DNA of 64,000 bases from contig CAWCFT010000016.1 of NCBI GenBank assembly GCA_963794945.1, positions 32,001-96,000 on the forward strand. The letters are read 5' to 3'. Shown piece after piece: positions 41,409-50,550 of this stretch; position 1 is the first letter of the stretch, and the number at the start of each line of letters is the position of its first letter. The notes beneath the pieces were generated by a model, which was not told where the DNA came from, ran no database searches, and saw only the letters and a list, made by a program, of their open reading frames with translations. A program made the position numbers and the translations under genes. The DNA comes from Endomicrobiales bacterium. Lineage in GTDB: Bacteria; Elusimicrobiota; Endomicrobiia; Endomicrobiales; CAWCFT01.

Positions 41409-42818
41409 TTAATTAATATTAAGCGCATTAAGTATCACATCCGACAGCCTGTCGGCTATAAGCATGTTGCCCGCTTTAGTGCAATGGCCAAAATCACCGC
41501 CAAATTGGTCAATAAAATACTTGTCATAATCCGAACGCTTTACCGCGTCCTTAAATAGTTGGCTGTTGTCAACAAAATAAACGCTTTTATAGCCGTCCAG
41601 CATTTTTTTTAAAGGCTCAACGCTCCTCATCGGATACTGCATGCATATTTGCATTATATTCCTTTTCTTCAGTTCATCTATCAGGAGTCTATAATTTTCA
41701 CGGGTCAATGGGTTTATAAAGCTGAGTTGGGAAAACTGCGCCTTGCCGAAATATTCATCGGCCTTGTCGTAGTTCCCCGACACTAGGTAATGAATAGCCA
41801 GGCATCCATAGAACTTGCCGTCATCGGGCTTGAGCCTAGCAGCTTCCTCAAAGACATTTATGGCTTCCTGCTGTTTGCCCATTTTCATCAGGGTTTTGCT
41901 TAGGGATAAGTAGCCTCTCGCTTGTGTGACGTCCATGCTGATATACTGCCTGAACATTTGAGCCGCCTGATCGAATTTGTTTTGCCGCAAATATAATTCC
42001 CCATGCGCATATACGGCCATGCTGTCATAAGGCAATAGTTTTGTTGCGGTTTCCAGGATTTTTTCTCCCCCGGGATTATCTATCTGTTTATCATAAAGTG
42101 AGCAAAGCCGTATACGTGTATCCAGGCTGTCGCCAGGGATATCCATCGCCTCTTTCAGCAGTTTTAGCGCTTCCATATACTTGCCGGACTGGATATAGGC
42201 TTCACTTGTGAGGTTTAGCGAGTATATTCTATTTTTATTTAATAGGAAGTTGTTATCGCGTTCCAAGCTATTTGCGGGGGCTGATGATTTGTCACTAGCA
42301 TTTTCCTGGGCCGAACCGCTGCCGCTATATTTGATGAATTTCTGGCGCAAATGGGCCTTTATCAAAACGAACAGCCGGTATATCTTCAGCCTGTGCAAAA
42401 AATCTGACTTTTCACCGTACGGCAATATGTCTCTACTGTTGTTGCGCGTAATGTCGTTGATCCCCATCATTGTCACTACTATATCTGGAGAATATTCATC
42501 CAGGTTTTTGTTCAAGCTAGACAGTATCCTGTCAGTAGTCGTTCCTACCACACCTTTGTCAATAACCTTGAAGCTTTTGTTCCTGCTTTTTCTGTTCAGC
42601 GCTTGTTCGAGCAGGGCGGGGTACTGGTTCGAGGTTGTCGATTCTCCGATGCACATTATGGTAATCGAAGACTTATTCTTAATTTTATATCTGTTCCTAA
42701 GCTCCTGTCCTTCAGAAATTATATAACCGCAGGTGCGCATTAATATTTCCGAAAAGACAAACGCCAGTAATATACCGGAAACAACAAATAGGCATTTCTG
42801 GAAATACGATATTTTCAT
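41409..42818 (-). CDS. Membrane-anchored SGNH/GDSL-like protein with TPR repeats
   Basis: N-terminal TM, IGESTT, GIND, central TPR-like helices and C-terminal DFGHCT..GN. Confidence 0.75.
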   Translation of the reverse strand: MKISYFQKCLFVVSGILLAFVFSEILMRTCGYIISEGQELRNRYKIKNKSSITIMCIGESTTSNQYPALLEQALNRKSRNKSFKVIDKGVVGTTTDRILSSLNKNLDEYSPDIVVTMMGINDITRNNSRDILPYGEKSDFLHRLKIYRLFVLIKAHLRQKFIKYSGSGSAQENASDKSSAPANSLERDNNFLLNKNRIYSLNLTSEAYIQSGKYMEALKLLKEAMDIPGDSLDTRIRLCSLYDKQIDNPGGEKILETATKLLPYDSMAVYAHGELYLRQNKFDQAAQMFRQYISMDVTQARGYLSLSKTLMKMGKQQEAINVFEEAARLKPDDGKFYGCLAIHYLVSGNYDKADEYFGKAQFSQLSFINPLTRENYRLLIDELKKRNIMQICMQYPMRSVEPLKKMLDGYKSVYFVDNSQLFKDAVKRSDYDKYFIDQFGGDFGHCTKAGNMLIADRLSDVILNALNIN

Positions 42819-42929
42819 TGCTTATATCCGGGTTGTGGAAATTCATAGAACACAATACTTAGCTGCCCGCGTAATGGCTTCAGTCATTGGTATGCGAGTC
42901 ATGCTGTTTCTCTAACTCATGCATATATG

Positions 42930-44039
42930 TTACAACAACCCCTGATCTCTTAAATCTTTTTCCATTTTGGCTATGAACTCTTCCGGTGTTTGGAAACCGT
43001 TGGCTTTGGCTGCGGACTCGATCTGGGCGCGGCCTTCCGGGGTTTTGATCTTTTCTTTGAAGGCGCCCAGTATATCGATTTTTTGTTGATTGGCTTGTTT
43101 TATAAATTCTGCGAGGTCGGATTCAGGGGTGACAATAGGTATACTTGCGCTTGCCTGTTGTGTTTCCTCGCCCCTTGCGGGAGAGGACTGAGGTGAGGGG
43201 GTGGCGTTGGCCTTATTTTCACCCTCATCCACACCTTCTTCCTTTTCGGGTCTATTTGTTTGACCCTCAAGGTCCAGAGTCTTACCCATCAAGGGAGAAG
43301 TAGCAATTGCGGGATTAGCAGGCTTGACTGGTTTAGCCGCTGTCTTTTGGGTTTTCTTAAGAGCCTGTTTCCAGGCCTTCTTGACGTCCGCCAGGAAGGC
43401 GTCTACCGTGGCCTCGTTTTCGGGAAATGACTCAATTTCTATTTTTGCTTTAATTCTATTTTTTATTGATTTTACAATGTATTTCCTAGTATTTCCACTG
43501 GAATCGTACTCGGGTACGATTTTCTCACTGGCTGCCTGCTTTATTGTTACATCTCCCGATTGGAGCTTCTGCTGGATATCTGCCGGCGCGTCAACCACTT
43601 TAAGATATCTCCGCACTTGGCCTTCGGTCTTACCTATATATTTGCCTATATTTTCATTGGTCTCGCCTTTGTCTTTTAACTTCTTGCAGGCGAACATTAT
43701 ATCCAGGTTGTTAAGGGTTTTGCGCTCTATATTCTCTATGAAGTTAAGGCTCAGCGCCTCTTCGTAGCTAACCTCTGACTCTGGTATGACTATAGCATAT
43801 ATGCTTTCCCATTTGTTCAGAATGGCCGCGGCCAGCCTGCGCAAACCGGCTATAACCACCCGCTCGCCGCTGAGCCTGAGCCATACCACAATTGGGAACC
43901 TTTGACCTTTCTCGGCTAGCGATTTTGCTAGTGCCGCTACGCTTTCGGGCGTGATGTCTTTGCGGAATTGGAACATCTTGTTTTCCGCGTTGATCTGTGA
44001 TATGGGTATCCACTGCGGTGTGTACTTTGACAGGTCCAT
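42930..44039 (-). CDS. ParB-like CTPase domain + HTH protein with disordered tail (paralogue 2)
   Basis: GQRFPIVV, IAGLRRL (GxRR), IENIER (ENxxR) and HTH GETNENIGKYIGKTEGQVRRY; GGAGG SD. Confidence 0.85.
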   Translation of the reverse strand: MDLSKYTPQWIPISQINAENKMFQFRKDITPESVAALAKSLAEKGQRFPIVVWLRLSGERVVIAGLRRLAAAILNKWESIYAIVIPESEVSYEEALSLNFIENIERKTLNNLDIMFACKKLKDKGETNENIGKYIGKTEGQVRRYLKVVDAPADIQQKLQSGDVTIKQAASEKIVPEYDSSGNTRKYIVKSIKNRIKAKIEIESFPENEATVDAFLADVKKAWKQALKKTQKTAAKPVKPANPAIATSPLMGKTLDLEGQTNRPEKEEGVDEGENKANATPSPQSSPARGEETQQASASIPIVTPESDLAEFIKQANQQKIDILGAFKEKIKTPEGRAQIESAAKANGFQTPEEFIAKMEKDLRDQGLL

Positions 44040-44078
44040 GAGCCGTTACCTCCTCCTATAACGTTTTATGAACATCCG

Positions 44079-44146
44079 TTTGTCATTTCGATCCCGCGAA
44101 CGCGGGAGAGAAATCTAGATTCCTCGCTTAAGCTCGGAATGACAAA
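44079..44146. repeat. REP-like palindromic dimer, copy B
   Basis: TTTGTCATTTCGA..GAGAAATCT AGATTCCTC..TCGGAATGACAAA. Confidence 0.8.
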
Positions 44147-44194
44147 AACAAGGCCTTGAACGGCACACAAAGGAAGTCAATAACCTATATTTGA

Positions 44195-45418
44195 CTATTC
44201 CAAATGTATATTTTTTATTGCTTTTATCCGCTCAAGTACCGGCGGGTGTGAGTATTCCATGAAGACTTTCATTGGGTGCGGGGTAAGGTTGGAGAGGTTG
44301 TCTACCGAAAGCTTCTTTAGGGCGTTTACCATGGCTTCGGGCTTTTTATAGGTAGTAACGGCGTAGGTGTCAGCCTCATATTCATGCTTTCTTGACAGCA
44401 TGTTGGCCGCAACTGAAATTATGAGGTTAATGGGGGTATAGAGGAACCCGAAGAACAGTATACCCGCATAAACCGAAATGTTCTGCATCTTAAAGGCCTC
44501 GAACAGGCCCGGCACGCGCACAAAGAAAGAGAGCACGAAGAACATGAGGCCGGTGTTGAGTATCGAAAGCACTATGGATTTAAATATATGCCCCTTTTTG
44601 TAGTGGCCCATCTCGTGAGCAAGCACGCTTACCAGCTCGTCCACCGTGTGTTTCGCTATCAGCGTGTCAAAAAGGACTATCCTGCGGAACCTGCCGAAAC
44701 CCGTAAAGAAGGCATTGGACTTGGTAGAGCGTTTGGAGCCGTCCATCTTGAACAGGCCCTTCATCTTGAATGCCTGCTGGCTTGCGTAGTTTTCCAGCGC
44801 GGTTTTGAGATCGCCGTCTTCAAGCGGTATGAACTTGTTAAAAAGCGGCATTATGACCACAGGCGCGACGAACGTAAGGAACAGGTAGAACGCACTTACC
44901 GCGCCCCAGCATAATAGCCACGCCGAATTTCCCGCTTTGCCGAAAATCCAAAGCACAAGCGCGAACACCCCGCCGCCGATCACAGCTATCATTACCCACC
45001 CCTTTATGAGGTCGAGCACGAAAGTTTTTGGCGTGGTCTTGTTGAACCCGTATTTTTCTTCTATCACAAATGTGCGGTAAGCCGAGAAAGGTATTTCGAG
45101 TATGCTGGACGCGAAAAGTATTATGCCGCAGAAAACAAGCCCGGTAAGTATGGGCGCCATGCCGAGACGCCGCGCGAAGAGGTCTACAACATTAAAACCG
45201 CCCAAAACTATGAAAATAACTTTTAAAGCGGTAAAAAATGTTTCTTCCGCAATGCCGAACCGCGTGTTCTCTTTAAGGTAGTTCTGCGAAATAGCGTACC
45301 TATGCTGGTCGTAGAAGCCGGCAAACTCTTCCGGCAGCTCAACCTTGACGTGTTTGGCGTTAAGCGATTCCACCACCACCGAGAGCAGCCAGCTGCCAAC
45401 GATTATCACAAGTATCAA
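44195..45418 (-). CDS. M48 family (Ste24-like) membrane zinc protease
   Basis: NAFFTGFG, AHEMGH, EYEAD and SHPP..ERI. Confidence 0.93.
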   Translation of the reverse strand: MILVIIVGSWLLSVVVESLNAKHVKVELPEEFAGFYDQHRYAISQNYLKENTRFGIAEETFFTALKVIFIVLGGFNVVDLFARRLGMAPILTGLVFCGIILFASSILEIPFSAYRTFVIEEKYGFNKTTPKTFVLDLIKGWVMIAVIGGGVFALVLWIFGKAGNSAWLLCWGAVSAFYLFLTFVAPVVIMPLFNKFIPLEDGDLKTALENYASQQAFKMKGLFKMDGSKRSTKSNAFFTGFGRFRRIVLFDTLIAKHTVDELVSVLAHEMGHYKKGHIFKSIVLSILNTGLMFFVLSFFVRVPGLFEAFKMQNISVYAGILFFGFLYTPINLIISVAANMLSRKHEYEADTYAVTTYKKPEAMVNALKKLSVDNLSNLTPHPMKVFMEYSHPPVLERIKAIKNIHLE

Positions 45419-45502
45419 AGCGAGATAGAGTGAAATAATGCCTCCAATATTTACGACAACTCCAAAACTTTATTCAATACTAAATATTCATTAACCAAAA
45501 GA

Positions 45503-45623
45503 TGTCATCCCGAATCCGCCTTGGGCGGATGAGGGATCTAGTTTTTTGTTCGACACAAGATTTCTCCTCGCCTCTTCGTCGAGTCGAAATGACAAAATAT
45601 AAGTTTTTCAATTAACTCAAATT
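45503..45623. repeat. REP-like palindromic dimer, copy C, with MITE-type terminus on the right
   Basis: TGTCATCCCGA..GAGGGATCT..AGATTTCTC..TCGAAATGACA. The reverse complement of 45603-45623 matches 5643-5663 at 20/21. Confidence 0.8.
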
Positions 45624-45634
45624 CGAAGTTGCCT

Positions 45635-46062
45635 TTATTTGGGGAATTCCCCTGCGAATTTATTTATCCACTCAAGGGCGGCCTGCGAGCCTGTTAGCTG
45701 CCTGCCCTCTTTTTCAGCACTTCTTCCTTGTACTGCTCTATGCGGCAGATCTGCTCAACCATCCTAGCGCGGAAAGCGTCACCCTCGCCCGCGAACTCAA
45801 CACCGACATCAAAATAGCTGTCGTCCAGGGCGCACCACATAACCTTTCCTTTCGCTTCAAAAGGCGGGCGCACGTGGACGATCTTTATAGTCACTATGTC
45901 GCCGTACTTGAACGGCACGTTCGACTTAAAGCAAAGCCCGCCGAAACTTATATTGCTTAGCACTTTTTCTTCTTCCGGAAGGGACTTATCGGAAGAGATC
46001 TCGATAGGTATATCGGAAGGGTGCCTGATGTATCTTCTTTTCTCAACCGGATTGTCGCTCAT
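45635..46062 (-). CDS. PilZ domain protein (frameshift near 45710)
   Basis: RRYIR and NISFGG; the shifted frame continues EGRQLTGSQAALEWINKFAGEFPK*. Confidence 0.85.
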
Positions 46063-46070
46063 CGTTTGCC

Positions 46071-47096
46071 CTATATGATCTTTTTTATTACCGCGGCCGC
46101 AAGCTCTATCGTGGCGTCCACGTCCGCCGTGCTGAAAACACCCGTCGAAGAATGTATGTATCGTGTGGGAATGCTGAGCACACCCGTAAGTATTCCCTCG
46201 CGGTTCATGTATATCATGGCGCCGTTCGTCATGCCGCCCTCTATAACGTCTATCTGGTGTTTAATCTTCCCATTTTTCGCGCAGGACAAAATAAGTTCTT
46301 TTATTTTCTCGCTTACCATGACGCCCCTGCCCGAGGCTTCAACGATCGTTATAGCAACGCCCGCGCCGAGCTTAAGCGACGATTCGTTCTCTTTTATCTG
46401 CGGCGTGTCGCCGGCTATCGTCGTGTCCAGCACAAGAGCGAAATCAGGGTTTATTTTAAATGACGAAGTCTTGGCACCCTTAAGTCCCACCTCTTCCTGA
46501 ACCGTTGCCACGGCGTAAACCTCTGCCGAGACTTTGAGCTTCTCCATTATCTTAAGCATCGCGTAACAACCCACCCTGTTGTCGACGGCCTTGCCGTAGC
46601 AGAGCTTGCCGTTCAAAACCCCGGCGCTGGGCTCAAATATTATCTGGTCGCCTATGGAAACTTTTTTAAGCACCTCTTCCTTGCTCGCGCAGCCGATGTC
46701 TATGAACATGTCTTCGTGCTTGATGGCATTTTTTCTTTCTTCTTCCTTCATCAGGTGCGGGGGTTTAAGGCCTATTATGCCGAACACGTCGCCCTTTTTT
46801 GCTTTGATTATCACCCTCTGTGTCACAAGCACCCTGTCGTCAATGCCGCCGATCTTAACAAAATTGATAAACCCTTCTTTCGTTACGTGCTTGACCATGA
46901 GCCCTATCTCGTCCATGTGAGCGGCTATCATTATCTTCTTGGGGCCCTTGCCTTTTTTCGCTATGACGTTGCCGAAGCTGTCTTCGTGCACGTCGTCGCA
47001 GGACTTTTCAAGTTCACTCTTCATTATCGCGGCTATTCCGGACTCGGACCCCGATATGCCCGGCGCCAAAAGAAGGCTTTTAAGTAGTTCATCCAT
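46071..47096 (-). CDS. M42 family aminopeptidase
   Basis: AHMDEIG, KAVDNR, QEEVGLKGA and RYIHS. Confidence 0.93.
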   Translation of the reverse strand: MDELLKSLLLAPGISGSESGIAAIMKSELEKSCDDVHEDSFGNVIAKKGKGPKKIMIAAHMDEIGLMVKHVTKEGFINFVKIGGIDDRVLVTQRVIIKAKKGDVFGIIGLKPPHLMKEEERKNAIKHEDMFIDIGCASKEEVLKKVSIGDQIIFEPSAGVLNGKLCYGKAVDNRVGCYAMLKIMEKLKVSAEVYAVATVQEEVGLKGAKTSSFKINPDFALVLDTTIAGDTPQIKENESSLKLGAGVAITIVEASGRGVMVSEKIKELILSCAKNGKIKHQIDVIEGGMTNGAMIYMNREGILTGVLSIPTRYIHSSTGVFSTADVDATIELAAAVIKKII

Positions 47097-47166
47097 TTTA
47101 GTTCTCCTGTTGAAATATTATAGACTGACACAACTGTCCGGTAAATGTCGTCGAAATACTATAACT

Positions 47167-47235
47167 TTGTCATTTCGACCGAAGGGAGAAATCTTTAAGA
47201 TCTCTCATCCGCCTATGGCGGATTCGAGATGACAA
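47167..47235. repeat. REP-like palindromic dimer, copy D
   Basis: TTGTCATTTCGA..GAGAAATCT..AGATCTCTC..TCGAGATGACAA. Confidence 0.8.
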
Positions 47236-47276
47236 CGAAATATGATCAATATTCTAATGCGTTATCTTATCGAAAT

Positions 47277-47531
47277 TTATCCTGACAGCTGTAATAAAGT
47301 GATTATACATAAACGGGTACCGCAAATCAATCGCGCCTGTACCCAAATGACTGACGGAAAATACATGGTTAGCGGCTCGATCTTGTAGGCAAGTATAATG
47401 CCTATAACCGCGCCTATCGAGCTTGTCAAAAGCGACGTGAACATCCCGTTGAACCCGAAAAGCGAAGGCAAAAACCCGCCCACGAGCGACCCCACTACCA
47501 TCCCGAGTGTTATAACCTTTTTTGAAACCAT
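47277..47531 (-). CDS. Small Gly-rich two-TM membrane protein (true end may be near 47370 if an indel is present)
   Basis: MVSKKVITLGMVVGSLVGGFLPSLFG...SSIGAVIGIILAYK with GAGG SD. Confidence 0.55.
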   Translation of the reverse strand: MVSKKVITLGMVVGSLVGGFLPSLFGFNGMFTSLLTSSIGAVIGIILAYKIEPLTMYFPSVIWVQARLICGTRLCIITLLQLSG

Positions 47532-47580
47532 ACATTTACCTCATTTGTATCTTACCCTGCAACAAAATATCATTTATTCA

Positions 47581-47614
47581 CCCCTCTTTTGTGCAAAGAG
47601 GGGCAGGGGGAGGG
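47581..47614. repeat. Short REP-like hairpin downstream of pyk
   Basis: CCCCTCTTT-TGTGC-AAAGAGGGG followed by CAGGGGGAGGG; same layout as 43166-43201. Confidence 0.55.
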
Positions 47615-47621
47615 TATAAAC

Positions 47622-48647
47622 CTATCTACAGAAACCTTTTTTATGCGCCTCGGTGTATTTTAGTATCTGGTTCATCATGCGCACGGTCTCAACCGGGTGT
47701 TTGCCGACAGCGGTTTCACCGGAGAGCATCACCATGTCCGTGCCGTCAAGCACGGCGTTGGCAACATCGGTAACCTCGGCCCGTTCGGGCATTATGTGTT
47801 TGGTCATGCTTTCAAGCATCTGTGTCGCCGTGATGACGAACTTATTTCTTTTGTTGCACTTCCGAATGATCTCTTTCTGCACGATCGGCACCTGGTATAT
47901 AGGTATAGAGACCCCCATGTCGCCGCGCGCTACCATTATTCCGTCCGCGGCATCAAGTATGCTGTCAATGCTATTTATTCCGTCGCGGTTCTCTATCTTG
48001 GCTATCAGCCTGCAGCCCGGCAGGCGTTTTTCAACAAGTTTCCGCACCAGCATCATGTCGGCTTTGTTCCGCACGAACGACTGCGCTATGAAATCCACCT
48101 TGTTCTTTATCCCGAACTCTATATCTTTTCTATCTTTTTCGGTGAGCCCTTTGAAACACAGTTTGGTGTCCGGCATGTTGATGCCCTTGTGCTCTTTTAG
48201 CACGCCGGGTATAAGGACTTCAGTTTTGAGGAACTGTTTTGAGGTTGCCATGACCACAAGAGCTATGTTGCCGTCGTCGATAAATATGCGGTTGCCGGGC
48301 TTTATCTCCAAAAGTGAGCCGTCGTAATCAAAAGGCACCGCGCCCGCTCTCGCCGGAACGCCTTTGCCCGCAAGGAACACCACCTGTTTTTTTGTAAGCG
48401 GTATCTCTTTGCCTTTGAGGCTTCCTATGCGTATGCGGTAGCCTTCGAGGTCCTGCAGGATGAGCAGGTGCCTGTGGTATTTTTTGTTGAGCGATCTCAC
48501 GGTATCAAGCCGGCCCTGGTGCTCGGAATGCGAGCCGTGGGAAAAATTAAGCCGCGCGACGTCCATGCCTTCGCGCATCATTTTCCTTAAAACCGTTTCG
48601 CTGGTTGAAGCCGGGCCAAGCGTGCAGACTATCTTAGTTTTAACCAT
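47622..48647 (-). CDS. pyk: Pyruvate kinase, short form lacking the C-terminal domain
   Basis: [49 protein letters not shown] and MLSGETA. Confidence 0.93.
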   Translation of the reverse strand: MVKTKIVCTLGPASTSETVLRKMMREGMDVARLNFSHGSHSEHQGRLDTVRSLNKKYHRHLLILQDLEGYRIRIGSLKGKEIPLTKKQVVFLAGKGVPARAGAVPFDYDGSLLEIKPGNRIFIDDGNIALVVMATSKQFLKTEVLIPGVLKEHKGINMPDTKLCFKGLTEKDRKDIEFGIKNKVDFIAQSFVRNKADMMLVRKLVEKRLPGCRLIAKIENRDGINSIDSILDAADGIMVARGDMGVSIPIYQVPIVQKEIIRKCNKRNKFVITATQMLESMTKHIMPERAEVTDVANAVLDGTDMVMLSGETAVGKHPVETVRMMNQILKYTEAHKKGFCR

Positions 48648-50547
48648 GTGATATATCCTTGTCGCAGTATATCCTGTGCCAGAGTTCCAGCATCAGAAGC
48701 GCCCACATGCGGTAGCCGTGGTCCCTCTTGCAGGTGACGTGCTCGGTGTATATCCTCTCGAGCGCGGCTTTGTTGAAATATCCGCGGCGAACGGCTTTCT
48801 CCGACAAAACTATTTCTTTGAAATAAGCCGCCCAGTTTGTCCTGAACCATTTGCCTACCGGTATGCCGAACCCCATCTTGCCCCTGTTGACTATCTTTGG
48901 CGGCAGGAATTCTTTGAAGGTCTCTTTTAATATGTGCTTGCTCTTGAAACCCTTGAGCTTCCACGAGGACGGCATAGACGCCGCGAACTCCATCAGCTTG
49001 TGGTCAAGGAACGGGCTCCTCGCCTCAAGCGAGTTCGCCATAGACGCTATGTCCATCTTAACGAGCAGGTCTTCCGGCAGGTAGGCGTTGATATCGGTAT
49101 AATACGTCCTATCCATGATGTTGTCGGCCTTGGCGCCCGCAAATATTTTCTCGAGGTAATCAAAAGCGTCGCCGGTTACCTCAGACTTCATTTTGTCAGA
49201 GTAGAGCATATCCTTGGCGGTGTTCGTAAAAAAGCAGTTCCAGTAAATGTTCCTGCGGGCCGGCGGCTCGGCTAGGCCGGATATCAGTCTCGATATATAC
49301 CTGAAAATATTTTTACCTTTCGTTGTTTCGGTGTGAGGTATCATGCGCGCGATGAACCTGGTCGCCTTGTCGCCCAAAAGCTGGAACGGGAACGAGAAGA
49401 ACAGCGAGCCTTTCATGGCCTTGTACCGCAGATACCCGCCGAAAGACTCGTCGCCGCCGTCGCCGTTTAGCGCGACCGTGACGTGCTTCCTGGTCTCTCG
49501 AGAAACGATGTATGACGGGAGAGCCGATGAGTCGGCGAACGGCTGTCCGTAGTGCCAGACAATCTTTGGCAGAAGCTCTATGAAGTTAGCCTTGACAATG
49601 AACTCGCTGTGCTCGGTCTTGTAGTGCTCGGCCGCCATGCGTGCGTAGCCTATTTCCGAAAACTCGTCTTCCTCAAAACCTATTGTGAAGGTCTTTACCG
49701 GCCGGCTCGAAAGCCCGCTCATTAGGCCGACTATAATGCTCGAGTCGTGCCCTCCCGAGAGGAACGCGCCCAGCGGCACGTCCGCTATCATGCGCAGCCT
49801 CGTCGCTTCTTCAAGCAGCTCGCGCGTCTTCGCACAGGCCTCTTCAAAAGAGAGATCGGTCTTTTTGCGAAAATCTATGTCCCAGTACTTCGATATCTTT
49901 AGCTCTCCGCTTTTTGAGCAGGTGATTGTGCTCGCCGGCGGAAGAGAGTATATTTCCTTAAAAATAGTTTGAGGAGACGGTATATATTGGTATGTAAGGA
50001 ATAGGTCTATGGCCGTGTAATTTATTTCGGGGGTCGCTTTGAGGTACTCGAGAATAGCTTTTATCTCGGATGCGAAAACGAAGGCCCCGTCTTTTTGTGT
50101 GTAGTAGAAAGGTTTCTTGCCTACCCTATCCTTAGCAACGAAGAGCGCCTGCTTTCTGCTGTCCCAGACGGCGAACGCGAACATGCCCCGCAGGTGTTTG
50201 ACGCAGTCCTCGCCGTACTCTTCGTAGAGGTGCAGTATCACCTCGGTATCGGTCTTAGTGTAAAACTTGTGGGTTTTTTCGAGCTCCGCGCGGAGCTCGA
50301 GGAAGTTGTATATCTCGCCGTTTAGTATGACCCAGAGGGTCTTGTCTTCGTTGTGTATCGGCTGGTGTCCGGTGCTAAGGTCAATGATCGAGAGTCGCCT
50401 CATGCCGAGCCCTATCTTGCCGTCTACAAAATATCCGTCATCGTCCGGCCCGCGGTGTATTATAGCGTCGCACATGGACTTAAGAACAGCCTGGTCAACG
50501 GGCTTATCTGACTCATTGTATTTATATATTCCAGCTATACCGCACAT
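48640..50547 (-). CDS. asnB: Asparagine synthase-like glutamine amidotransferase
   Basis: [31 protein letters not shown] and EARSPFLD. Confidence 0.93.
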   Translation of the reverse strand: MCGIAGIYKYNESDKPVDQAVLKSMCDAIIHRGPDDDGYFVDGKIGLGMRRLSIIDLSTGHQPIHNEDKTLWVILNGEIYNFLELRAELEKTHKFYTKTDTEVILHLYEEYGEDCVKHLRGMFAFAVWDSRKQALFVAKDRVGKKPFYYTQKDGAFVFASEIKAILEYLKATPEINYTAIDLFLTYQYIPSPQTIFKEIYSLPPASTITCSKSGELKISKYWDIDFRKKTDLSFEEACAKTRELLEEATRLRMIADVPLGAFLSGGHDSSIIVGLMSGLSSRPVKTFTIGFEEDEFSEIGYARMAAEHYKTEHSEFIVKANFIELLPKIVWHYGQPFADSSALPSYIVSRETRKHVTVALNGDGGDESFGGYLRYKAMKGSLFFSFPFQLLGDKATRFIARMIPHTETTKGKNIFRYISRLISGLAEPPARRNIYWNCFFTNTAKDMLYSDKMKSEVTGDAFDYLEKIFAGAKADNIMDRTYYTDINAYLPEDLLVKMDIASMANSLEARSPFLDHKLMEFAASMPSSWKLKGFKSKHILKETFKEFLPPKIVNRGKMGFGIPVGKWFRTNWAAYFKEIVLSEKAVRRGYFNKAALERIYTEHVTCKRDHGYRMWALLMLELWHRIYCDKDISHG

Positions 50548-50550
50548 AAA

